A stretch of DNA of 64,000 nucleotides. Source: Naegleria gruberi (lineage: Eukaryota). Each line of letters opens with the position of its first letter. The stretch's first letter is position 1. The stretch lies in assembly GCA_000004985.1 (NCBI GenBank), contig GG738900.1, one strand, 5' to 3'. Positions 50,960 through 63,300 of the stretch are shown here, one piece after another. The notes under the pieces are model-generated. The model did not search any database. It was not told the origin of the DNA and saw only the letters and a list, made by a program, of their open reading frames with translations. The position numbers were made by a program, and so were the translations under genes.

Positions 50960-53045
50960 ATGCCTCTCTTCTCAAGTAAAACTCCCTTCAAGATTGAAAA
51001 GATTGACCTCACCACAACACTCAGTCTCAAACAGTGGTCAAGTGAGAATTTGAAACAGTGGTTGTTGGATGCTGGTTACGATAAAAAGACAGTTGTTGAT
51101 CGTATGTTATTGTTATTGTTTTTACTGTTTTATATTCCTATTATTATTAACCGTTTGTTTGCTTGGACGAAACTTATTCTAAACTATTTAGCAATTTATA
51201 AACAACAATTTGATGGATCGGCCATTATTATTATCAAACCAGAGGATTTGCTAGACATTGGTATTCCAAGAGGAGCTACTCTTTCTTTACTGTCAAAAGT
51301 CAAAGATTTAGTAGACCAACAGGTACAACTTGGTTTGATTCAGGATAGTAATATGGCAACTGGTTTGCAATTATCTAAGAGCCCTCGTGCTGGAGTTGCT
51401 CATTCACCTCGAACAAATGTTTCACCTAGAAATTCGAATAATAATTCGAATAGTGTTGGAGCACCACTAACAACACATACAACAACAAGTACATCGGTTT
51501 CTCCAAGAAATAATAGTAACAACAACAATAGTAATCATCAATTACTTCCTCCAACAACTCCACATCAGCATCAAGGAGATTCGAATAATAATAAGAAACC
51601 ACCTCTCCTACCACGTAAGTCAGAGGCAACTCTTTTACTCCAAGCAAAAGTTGTGCAGAAACAACACGAAGACGAACCAGAAAACCAGGAGGAAGCTTCC
51701 ACTTTGTCTGTTTCCACAGTTTCTTCCAATTTTCATGAAGAAACAGAAGAAGAAACAGATAAATTGGAAGATGAATTAGCATTTGATATTGAACATGGTC
51801 TAAAGATTAGTAAAACAGATAGAGATATTGGATGTGTATCGAATTTATCAAATGTTATTGATCCAATTCACATTGTTGATGTGGAAATGTGGAATTTGGA
51901 CGAATTGAGTGATCAAAAGAAAGAACGTGAGTTTTATTTGATTGAATTTGTAACAATTTTCATATTAGAATTCAAGTATTGTTTTGAAAAATTGAAGAGT
52001 ATGGTAAAAAGTCATGGAGAAAAGTCAACTAGTACAGTTTGTCAAAATTTATCATTTTCTGAAAGATTCAGATATAAATATTTGAATAGTATGTGTGCTC
52101 CTCGATATGATCATGGTTCCAATAAGGTAGAACCTTTCATGAAGGTCAAAATAATCATTACAGAAATGGATGATAGCTCCCTCCACAGATTTATCAGAAG
52201 ATTCGGCTCCATTCTCAATAATCCATCCATTCAAAAGATGAAATTTGGAATGGTATGTTTTAATTTCTTGTTCATTCTTTGAAAATCATGCATTTTAAAC
52301 ACAGTTTCATGCAGCTCTCATTATTGGACCTTGGTATTTGGAATGGGGAAATAGCTCGATAGCAGTTGTGAGAAATCGATCGAGTTCAAAGGCAGTTTTT
52401 GCAATGGATGTTGGGAAAATTGAGGGTGAAATTGAGGTTTCCAAGGCCATTGATAAACTGGCAGCCATTTGTACCTATTACAACACTAGAAAATATTACG
52501 ATAATAGGAAGTGCAATTGTCAACATTTTGTGGAGGCAGTTCTTGATCATTTGGGTTTAAAGAATGAATTTGAGGAGAAATTAGAGGGACCATTAAGGAA
52601 ATATGTGGAATTATTGAAAAAGGAGGGAGTTTGTGAAATGAGCTATCGAATAGATTCTGCCATTAGAGATTTAATTCTCCAAGATTCAGAAGTGAGTGAG
52701 GAATTGAAACTTCTAGTCAATCAAAAGTACATTCTCTTCAATAATCACAGAATTTTGGATGAATTCGTCAATTCCATCCAGAAGAAAAGCAAACTCTACT
52801 TTTCAGGCAGTGGCGAGTACGATTATCAATTATTGAAAGCATTTGACAGAGCATTCTGGCTTCAAACTCAATCCTCTAAACAATTAGATCCCACCATCTC
52901 ACAACCACTCACTCGCAACAACATTTGCATGTGTCCTTTCAATAAGGATCACACTGAAATGGATTTAGTCAACAATACCATTGTTGGCATTGATTATGAA
53001 TTTGGAAATTTAAAAGCTGCCATTCCAATTCTTCGTAAACAGTAA
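50960..53045 (+). CDS. SAM-domain protein with low-complexity middle and C-terminal permuted-papain-like (PPPDE/LRAT-NlpC-like) domain, 3 exons
   Basis: Exons 50960..51101, 51192..52252 and 52305..53045. Intron 1 (51102..51191, 90 nt) runs GTATGT…TATTTAG. When read through it gives the spurious hydrophobic insert RMLLLLFLLFYIPIIINRLFAW. Spliced, the SAM domain is continuous (…WLLDAGYDKKTVVD|PIYKQQFDGSAIIIIKPEDLLDIGIPRGATLSLLSKVKDL). Intron 2 (52253..52304, 52 nt) runs GTATGT…ACACAG and links the ORF at 50960 to the ORF at 52338 in frame (…KMKFGM|FHAALIIGPWYLEWGNSS…). The C-terminal region has YYDNRKCNCQHFVEAVLDHLG, which resembles the catalytic Cys region of PPPDE/LRAT-type thiol hydrolases. 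Confidence 0.65.
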
Positions 53046-53118
53046 ATTTATTGATTAAATTATAATATTTTGAATAGTTAAACATTTGTCCAAAAATTAG
53101 TAACATTCAAACTTTACA

Positions 53119-54294
53119 ATGAAAGTTAGTACTCGCTCAATTGAAATGTGTGAAAAAGTTGTGAAAAAACCTGCAAAAAAAATGGCATCGCTCGTTTTTA
53201 CCAACGACCCTGCTTCCTATCAACAACAACAGCAACAACAATCGACCACCACCACTCTTAAAACAACACTCTCGGAAGGACCAACAACTACCACTTCCTA
53301 TTATGGAAATAATCACAATCTTGAATCAGTAGCGTTGGATGATGATGAACAAAACAATCATTATTCTTCTTCAAATGATCCGATATATGGTCTTAGAGCA
53401 TCATCAATGAATGGAATTAGAATTGGAAAATATATTTGTTGTCCATCGAGTAGTTCATTCATGAGTTTCATTTCAGTGTTGATATTTGCATTGTGGATTA
53501 TTCCGTACATGTTGATTATTGCCTTGTTGATTGTTTGTGGAATTGATACAAAGGTGACGACTGCAATTTCATATTGTGGAACACATCAACATCATTTGAG
53601 ACCAATGTTTGTGGCTACGTTTTGTATTAATGGAGTTTTGTTTTCGATTGTGTTTGTGATAAGGGCTTTGGTTTTGTATGTGAAATGGTTTGGATGGAGA
53701 GAGACCAATAATAATTATAATACCTCTAGATGGAGAAGATTATTAACATGTCAGTTCAGTAATATTAAATTCCCTGGAAGAAGAGAGTTTTTGTCGATTC
53801 CTTTTTGGTTGATCATTGTGCAATTGATTCCAGGAGTTTCTGCTAATATTTTACTTATTATTATGGCTATATATCCTGATGAAAAAGCAACGAGAACAGT
53901 GCATTTTGTCACAGCTTTTTTGGGATTGTTATTCTTGATTATTTATACAGGTTTCTCGTTTATTATTCAAGCATGGCGATTGTTCAGAGCTTGTAGAGGA
54001 AAAACTCAACCATTTCATTTTATAAGACATGTTAATTCATTGACTATTAACAAGAGAAAAATGTACATTTTATCTGTTTCTGGCTTTTCAATTTCAATGA
54101 TTTACCATTTTAGTTGCATGATTGGAGCGATTATTTGTATTCCAATTTATTTAACCAAATTTATTCCAATTGCTGAATGGATTGCAGTGTTATTGATATT
54201 GTTAGGAATGGTACCATTAATGTTTGATAACATGCTGTCAATTAGGGAAGGTCCTGCAACATTGGATGAAAATCCGCAAGCGTTATTAAGATAA
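53119..54294 (+). CDS. Hypothetical multi-pass membrane protein, 391 aa, with poly-Q/T-rich N-terminus
   Basis: ATG at 53119. About 110 aa of low complexity (QQQQQQQSTTTT) followed by 6–7 predicted TM helices. Family not recognised. Confidence 0.6.
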   Translation: MKVSTRSIEMCEKVVKKPAKKMASLVFTNDPASYQQQQQQQSTTTTLKTTLSEGPTTTTSYYGNNHNLESVALDDDEQNNHYSSSNDPIYGLRASSMNGIRIGKYICCPSSSSFMSFISVLIFALWIIPYMLIIALLIVCGIDTKVTTAISYCGTHQHHLRPMFVATFCINGVLFSIVFVIRALVLYVKWFGWRETNNNYNTSRWRRLLTCQFSNIKFPGRREFLSIPFWLIIVQLIPGVSANILLIIMAIYPDEKATRTVHFVTAFLGLLFLIIYTGFSFIIQAWRLFRACRGKTQPFHFIRHVNSLTINKRKMYILSVSGFSISMIYHFSCMIGAIICIPIYLTKFIPIAEWIAVLLILLGMVPLMFDNMLSIREGPATLDENPQALLR

Positions 54295-54309
54295 AAAGTT
54301 ACTGTTTAT

Positions 54310-57300
54310 TTACTTTCTTTTGAGGAAGGATGGTTTACCAAAGAATGAAGACTTAATGCTTTGAAGTTCACCTACCGATTGTAAATCATTTCCTTCAGTC
54401 TCATTATTTTGTTCAGGATCTGTCTTCTTATTTCTAGTAAAGAATGATTTCTTTGTATCCAAACGAGGTATAGCAGCTCTAGTATTTTGTACTTCTTCAA
54501 CTACAACATAAACATCTTCTGCTTCATCATCATCTTGTGCAACTTGTTGTGTGCTAATGTTTGAGGAAACAACATGCTGAGTGGAACCGGTTACAACTGT
54601 GCTACTAGAGCTAGAAGAATGGTTAGTAACAGTAGAGCTACTGGTTTGCTTTGTGACAATATTTGAACTACTGATGGCTTGTTGAGAACTTGTTATCACT
54701 GTTTGTCCGGATACTGCTGATGAGTTTGAATTTTCTGTTGTGGTGATAGTGGAAGAGCTTTGCTTTGATCCAAAGGCCCCTTTCACTGCTTCTCTCATGG
54801 AAGTCTTGCTTTTCATTCCCTTCAATGCTTGCCATCCAAATGGCATTCTCTTCTTTTCAACTCCAGTTTCTTCAACTACAACATAAACATCTTCTGCTTC
54901 ATCATCTTCTTGTGCTACTTGTTGACCATTACTACTGGACACAACTTGTTGACTTGAGGATTGACTAACCATTTTACCTGATTCACTTGCTTCGATAGAT
55001 TTGCTACTATTTACAACAGTCTTTTCTTGTGAAGAAAATCTAGTGGATTTAGATTTTTCAGGCTTTCTCTTTGATGATGCTTCTTGGGATTCAACAACAA
55101 TATAAACATCTTCTCCTTCATCAACCTCTTCAGAAGCACCAGATTGTTGAGTTGAGGTCTTTTGAGCTACCATATTAGATGTCATATTTATAGAAGCAGC
55201 TGATCTACTGCTGATCATAGAGTTGGTAGATTGATAGGTACTTAATTGATCTTCTTGGGTGTAATCAGATGATCTACCTTCCTTTGTTATCAATGCATTG
55301 GCAGCATCTCTCATTGACATCTTATTCTTCTTCATATCTTTCAATGCTTGCCATGCTGAAGATTTCTTTCTCTTCTCCTTTGCTTCTGACTCTACAACAA
55401 CATAAACATCCTCACCTTCATCAACTTCTTCCTTCTTGTTAACAACACTACCCACGTTTCGTTCAAACATACCACTACTCAAGGTTTGCAACATCATATC
55501 TTCGTTCTTTTCCTCTTCGAAAGACATTGGTGGTTTACTTCTGTTCACAACAGTATTCTCTTCAAAGGAACTTTCATTGTTGGAAGAAGAGTTTGGTAAA
55601 GTCTTACTTGATTTGCTAGATTTAGACTTTTCAGGCTTTCTCTTTGATGATGCTTCTTGAGATTCAACAACAATATAAACATCTTCTCCTTCATCAACCT
55701 CTTCAGAAGCACCAGATTGTTGAGTTGAGGTCTTTTGAGCTGCCATATTCAATTCGCTGGATTGTTGATTTGAGGATTTTTGAAGTTTTCTACTACCAGA
55801 AGTAGAGTTAGATTGGTGGACTTGTTCTTCATCAAGAGATACTGGAGGCTTACTTCTGTTAACAACTGATTTTTCTTGAGAAGATTTTGTGGATGATTTT
55901 CCGTTCTTTGACTTCTTGTTTGATCTCTTCTTTGATTTTTCTTCAGATTCCACAACAACAAAAACATCTTCTCCTTCATCTTCTTCAACAGAATTGGTCA
56001 CATTTTGTTGCATCGATTGTGCTTGCATTCCAGATAAGTTACTTGTTGGTATCTTTTGCTTGCTTTCTTTTGGTTTGCTGACTGGTTTCATCTTCTTTTC
56101 TTCAGATTCTACAACTACGAATACATCCTCTCCTTCGTCCTTGCTTTCTGTTGCTGTAGCCATTATTGATTCTCTGTGAGATAATGGCGAGCTCCTAACT
56201 GCTGGTTGGGTTGGTTCTTCATCAAATGACAATGGAGGCTTGCTTCTGTTGACAACTGAATTTTCACTAGAATCTCCAATATATTTGGAAGAAACCTTAA
56301 TTGGTTTGTTTTGCATGATATCTTCTTGAACTGGAGGAGCGTATTTCTTGGCTTGTTCTGATTCTGCAACAATATAAACATCTTCATCAACCTCTTCAGA
56401 AGCAGCAGATTTGTTAGACACTTGTGGTCTTGTTTCCTCAGAAGTGAATTTCTTATTTACAACACTTTCTTCGAACTTATTAGCAGCAAACATGTCACCA
56501 TACAAAGATTGTAACATCTTCTTATTTTCTTCCTCTTGTACGACATTTAGTGGAGAGGCCTTTACTATCTTTTCTTCCTCAGTATAAACTTGTCCTCTAA
56601 CAGTTTGAGAGTTAACACTTGATGGTCTGCTACTGGTTGTTGAATTCAATTCCACATCTCTAGTTTCCTTGGATGCTGACTGAACTCTAGTTCTTCTTGT
56701 TGGGAGTCTTGGACTACCGTGAGATTGAGGTCTTGATGAGCTTTGGTTTGATGTAACTCTTGGAGCACTCTTATTGTTCAAAACAACGTTTTGCAATGAT
56801 TTTTCCTCTTCCTCTTCTTCATCAATATAAACTTGGCCTTGAACTGTTTGAGATTTAGGAGCAACATAGGATCTTGGTTTGGAAGGTTTAACTTCTTCAG
56901 GTGTTGTTTCCACAACTTGCTTCTTTTCCTTTTCTGAGAATAATTCACCTCTCAAGGTTTGAGCCTTATTACTTTGTAAAACTCTTGGCTGAACAAATTC
57001 AGGCGTCTTACTATGATTAACAACTTCCTTTTCTTCAGTTTGCTTGGTTTCACTAAATACATCTCCTCTCATGGTTTGAGATTTGTTACTTGGTAAAACT
57101 CTTGGACTCTTTGGTTGAGCAACTTCTAGGGCTCTACTATGATTAACCACTTCCTTTTCTTCCTTAGAGTTTGCATAAAGTTCTCCCTTCAAGGTTTCCG
57201 TATTTGCACTTGAAATATGCTTCTTTTCTGGAACTTTACCGATTGGCTTACTAGATACATCACTACCGGTAATCAAATTGGCATTCTCATCGACAGTAGT

Positions 57301-60300
57301 AACACTCTTCTCTCCAAATAAATCACCCCTAATGGTTTGAGCCTTATTACTTTGTAAAACTCTTGGACTCTTTGTTTGAGCAAATTCTGGGGCTCTACTA
57401 TGATTAACAACTTCCTTTTCTTCAGTTTGATTGGTTTCACTAAATACATCTCCTCTCATGGTTTGAGATTTAGTTTCAGTGGAAGTTCTTGGAATCTTTA
57501 CTTGTGTTGGAGCAAATTCTGGGGCTCTATGGTTAACCACTTCCTTTTCTTCAGTATTCTTGTCCTTGAGTATTTGAGAAGAAACCTTAATAGGCTTGTT
57601 GAATAACAAGTCATCCATAGTCTTTTCTTCGTTTTGTTCAGTCTTTCTAAATATGCTACTTTCTTCCATCTCTTCACATTCATCTTCAGTAGATCCCATC
57701 GAGAATGGATTTAATGATGATAATTTGGCAGGTTTTGGTTTTGTGCCCCGTTGTACAAAATCTTTTTCATCTACCAATTCTACACTACTTTCCTCTTCAT
57801 GTTCATCCTTAACACGTCCGTTGGCATATGCAAACTCGTTAACAAGACCTTCTTTGACAAGTTTTACAGAGTTGCTACTTCTTCTCAAATCGTCAGTTTC
57901 TTCAACCAAAGATTCGTCTTCATCTTCAGTGACACTATGTTGCATTGAAACATCTCTTTCTCCTTGAATAATATTTGATTTCTTTGATAGCCTTGGTGTG
58001 AATGATTGTACTACGTTTGGCTGGACTTCAGTTTCTTCAGTATAATTTTGTTTGGCGTAAGGATTGATTGATTGCATTGTCATCTTATTCTTCTTTTCTT
58101 CAAATGTTTCTTCATCATCCTTCAAATCCCAGATAGAACCATTTGAATTCTTCACATTCACTTCCTTTTCTTCCTTTTCTTCTGTTTCTTCGTATTGATT
58201 TTCATTCAAGTCAACAAGTGTACCTCCAAGAAGTGGAAGAACCTTATTCTTTCCACCAGTGGTTTGTTGTACAAGTTTGGCATCTCCTGGAACAATTTGA
58301 ACCTTTCTCATAGATCTACCGGTCTTCTTAAGAGGTCTATAAGCAACAAATGGTTCTTCAACCTTAAGACCTTGCTTGTTCATAACTTCCATTTCAACTT
58401 CAGTTTCCTCGTTATATTCTTCTGCAGCTTGAGTCTTAATAGCTATTTGTTGAATCTTCATTTCTTCTTCCTCATCATATGAGATATCAGATTCAGTTGA
58501 TCCTCCAACAACAACTTCTTCTTTATGAACACAGCAACAACAACAACAGAATCCTGCAAATCTTCTTCTATTTCTACACAAGATAATGCAAGAAATAAGA
58601 CAAGTTAGAGAGAAACCACAAATAATAACAGCAGCAGCTCCTAAAGCAGCAACATAGGTGTATGAATAATAGATAACAGTGCTTGTTTGCAGCACAAATA
58701 CGTTGGTGAATTGCTTGCAACGACATTTGGCAAAGGTATCATTTCTAGAAATTGGAGCTACAAGAGAACACTCAGTTCTGATCAAAGAAGATCCATCCTC
58801 AAAATCACCACAAGTATAGGTTTCGGAAACAGTTGTAAAGTCAAGGACATCATGAATAATTTCTGTTTCGACCTTACTAAAGTTAAGTGGAATTGTATAG
58901 ATAATGTCATTCTCGTTAATTGGAGTGGCAACATCAATAAATTCAACAGAAACAATTGGTGAAATCAAGTTAGCCAAAGTATTTGCGTTGGAGAAACTAC
59001 TGGCTGATGTAATCTTTTTAGACTGTTTCAATTGCGAGTTAAGTGAGTAAATATCTTCAGAAACGCACAAAACATAAATAAATGGTTTCTTAACAAGGTA
59101 TGAAAGTTTTGACACTTCAAATTCAAAGAAACCTGACAAGACATCAATACTGGTTTGTGTAATTGGTTCTTGGACATATGTTGGATAATCGTTCAATGTA
59201 CTTTTACCAATTACGACATGGAAGAATGGACCCTGATATCCCTTCTTAAGTCTACCAGCAGACATTCCTCTGGCCATCAAGTAAGAGGTCATCTTCAATG
59301 TCAACAATAGTCTTCTAGAGTTGACTTTTTGATCAATAAGGTATTGTTTGTCAACTACATAGTAATATGCAGAACGAATGCAACCATCTAACATGATATT
59401 CATTCCTGAGGTAAGCTTCAAGCTAGGATCAGAAAGTGAGAATGTAAGGAAAGTGTTCAAAGTATATAAAGATCTATCTACAGTCACACTAGTAAGATAA
59501 GGATAATTCAATAACATTGAATCAACAGCAAAGGAAAGCAAAGATAAGTATTCAACGCTTACAGTTCCTGTTGCATTGGCAATATTGTTCATATCATCGA
59601 GTGCGTGAATCTTTGATAATTGGATATTATTAAAATCTTTGACTTCAATATCACAATATTGGCCTATCCATTCATCCTTACACTTGCAAGAACCAGCAAT
59701 ATCAACACCATTTATACATTCCAAAGAACTAGAGGAACTAGAATGTTGAATAGTATCAGAAATTGTTTCTTCCAACATTACTGAGCCTGTTCTGGAAGAT
59801 GAAGAAGATTGGTAGATACTCTTACTGTATTCTCCCTCCAAAATATAGCTTTGACCTGCATCTGCCCAAGCGATGATTGTTGTTTGGACTTCTTCAACTT
59901 GTTGAACAAATGGTTTATCAATGGTAATGTTAGTGTAAGTAGTTGTTGAAGCACCTGTAAGAGTATTAATTACTTCAAAGTAACATGTTAAAATACTTCC
60001 AGTAAATGGAGCTGGAAGTTTTGAAGAATAAACCTCGCCAAGACTATATAATGGAAGCTTGGCACCTGATCTATCATCAATAAATCCGTATACATAGTCG
60101 ATATGATTTGCATCATCTTTACAATTTGTACAGTAGAATTGGAAATCTGTTTGTTGGGCAATACCTTCAGGAGGATTGATTGTACACAAACATGGTTTTG
60201 GAGAGGTTGCAACTTCGAAAGTATATGTAGTAGATGTTGAGGCTCCAGTGTTTGGATCATAAGCAGTGATAACAACAGTATTATTTGTTCCTTCTTCAAA

Positions 60301-63300
60301 TTCGCTTGTATCAATGTTGATTGTTGATGAATCGACAATACCTTTGTTCTTTGAATTGATTGTCAAGTTGGTTCTTGTAAGTGAAGGATCACTGGAGGTA
60401 TATGTTTGAATAGTAACTGTTTGACCTTGGATAACATATGTCTTTGGTTCAACATCCACAATATTAACAATAGGAGGTACGTTTACAAAGTAAACTACTG
60501 TTGTTGCAGAAATAGATCTTCCATCAGACTTTTCAATTGTCAAAGTAAGAGTAATATAGGATGGAACAGTTTCATTAAATATCTTGGATTCAATTGTAAA
60601 CTCAGTAGATCTATCTTTAGAAATATTGAAAAGGAATTCCAATAATGTTTGGTTACTATTTTCCAAACAAGTCCAAGTCCATTGTTCAGTAATACCTGTG
60701 TGGTATGTTGATTCAGGGTCAGAGTATTCAACATCAATTATAGTATAATTCTTTCTAGCTTCTCTTTGAATAATAGATAAAACCATATCTATTGGTTTTG
60801 TTATTAATGTTACGATACTTGTTGTGTTCAATTGAGGATAGGATGGATAGAAGGCTGTAACTAAGAAAGTATATGTTTGATAGCCAAAGGTGGAAATAGA
60901 AGGAATGTAAAGATTTCCAAAGGTATCGACTTGATAATCTATTATCGGTCCTGTAAGTTGTTCCCATTTAACAGCAGATTTTTGTGATTTACAAGATGAT
61001 TCTGATACAGTCTTCTTAAAATAGACAGGGAATTGAGAGGCATCCTTTTCTTGGTGAGTGATTGGAACATAAATTGATGGAATTGGCTTTGATGCCTTAG
61101 TAAATACATTAGAATAAACAATAGAACTATTCTTTCTAGCAAATGTACTCTCAACTTGGAGAGAAACTAGGTATGAACCAGGTAAAAGACTAGAATTTTG
61201 CAATTTGATGAAAGGGCTGTTTGCAAAATTGGAATAAAAAACTTGATAGGTTGTAGAATCAAGTAAATTCCAATAATAATGCAGTGATTTTCCATCCTCT
61301 GAGTGACTCATAGATCCATCAATAGTAATATCATCACATGAACTGTAAAATTCATCCAAAGTAGAAATAACAGCAGTTGGCCAAATATTGGAAGGCATGG
61401 CAACATCTATTTGAACATAATAATTTTGTTGAGTAACGTGATTGATTCTATCAATAACAAGAGTGTTGATATTGATTGTATCAATTTCTGGTTGCAAGGT
61501 ATAATCCATAGAACCAAAGCTAATAATGAACAAATTGTTGGTTCTATCAATAAATTGACATTTAAGGTTTGATAGTGTACCAAACAAGTTTCTATTAATA
61601 TCAGTCTCACTCAATAGATAACTGCAAGGTATATCAATCTTTGTGTATGAGTCAGGAACATAGAGATTAAAGATGAGTCCTCTAAAATCTGAGGAGAAAA
61701 CAGCAGGTCCTACAACCTTTGTAGCACACAACTCACCATAATAATCTTGGTCACACTTGTTACATGTAAATCCTGTCCAAAATCCTTGGGAGTAATCTGT
61801 GTAACATTCACATGCACCACTGATTAAACATTCACCATGATTAGTACAATTGATTTCCTTTTTACAAGTACCATACATTATCATAATTTCACAATTAGTA
61901 CCATTATAACCAGTCTTACAATTACAAGTGTCAATATCTACACACTTTCCTTTTCCTGAGCAAACAGATTTTACGTTTCTTGAAACACCGAAACAATCAT
62001 ATTCTTGACATGTTGAGCCGTAATAAGTATCAACACAAGAACAATTATTATAATCTATACATTGACCTCTTCTGGAGCATACACTATTATTGTTTGATCT
62101 GACATTTCCACATGTAGTCAAGGCACAATCATTACCAAAGTAGTGTGGTCTACATGAACAATTATTATAGCTTGCACACACTCCTCTTCCTGAGCAAACA
62201 GATGGGTCAGTGTTGTTACCTTCTAAACAAGTATAGAATTCACAGTTAACTCCATAGTATCCAGTATCACATGTGCAGTTAGAATACTCAGAACATTTAC
62301 CTCTTCCAGAACAAACAGAGTTGTTAAGGTGTTCCACGTTGTTACAAGTGTAGAATTCACATGTAGGGCCATAATAACCTTCATCACAAGAGCAGTTATT
62401 AAAATCAATACATTGTCCTCTTGACGAGCAAACTGTTGTTTCGTTGGATTGTACATTACCGCAACTAGTTAATTGACAGTCAACACCCCAATAATTGGTG
62501 AAGCAGGTACAATTATTATAACTGGAGCATTCACCTCTTGCGGAGCAGGAGTTTGATTCAGTGTGATTGACATAATTGCAGGTGAAGAATTGACAATCAT
62601 TTCCAAAGTAACCTTCATCACATTCACATTTTTCATAGCTTGTACATTTACCATGCGTTGAACAAACAGATGAATTCAAATGTTCAATTCCATTACAATC
62701 ATAGAACTCACAGACAGGTCCATAAAAATCACTCTTACATTCGCATATATTGAAATCTGAGCAATTACCTCTCGATGTACAAACAGTGGAATCATTGGAT
62801 TGAACAGAACCACATGTGGTCAATTCACATGTATCACCAAAGTAGTTATCTCTGCATGAACAATTGTTGAAAGAGGAACATTCACCTCTTGATGAACAAA
62901 CTGTTGTTTCCGTGTGGTTAACACCATTACAAGTAAAGTATTGACAATCATTTCCAAAGTAACCTTCTTTGCATATACATACTTCAGGAATTGTACATTT
63001 ACCATACGTTGAACAAACAGATGAATTCAAATGTTCAATTCCATTACAATCATAGAACTCACAGACAGGTCCATAAAAATCACTCTTACATTCGCATATA
63101 TTGAAATCTGAACAATTACCTCTCGATGTACAAACTTTAGAATTATTAGATTGAACAGAACCACATGTGGTCAATTCACAAGTAGATCCAAAATAGTTAT
63201 CTCTGCATGAACAATTGTTATAGCTTGAACATTCACCTCTTGAAGAGCAAACTGTTGATTCAGTGTGATTGACACTATTGCAGGTGAAGAATTGACAATC

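Noticed and set aside
51102-51191. Apparent hydrophobic or TM insert inside the SAM-domain ORF
   Set aside because: It is bounded exactly by GTATGT and TTTAG. Removing it restores SAM-domain continuity in frame. Interpreted as a retained-in-translation intron, not a real insert.
54313-58540. Multiple RGD tripeptides (TMRGDVF, TIRGDLF) in the giant protein as integrin-binding sites
   Set aside because: They lie C-terminal to the single TM helix, hence predicted cytoplasmic. They recur because the motif is part of a repeated unit.
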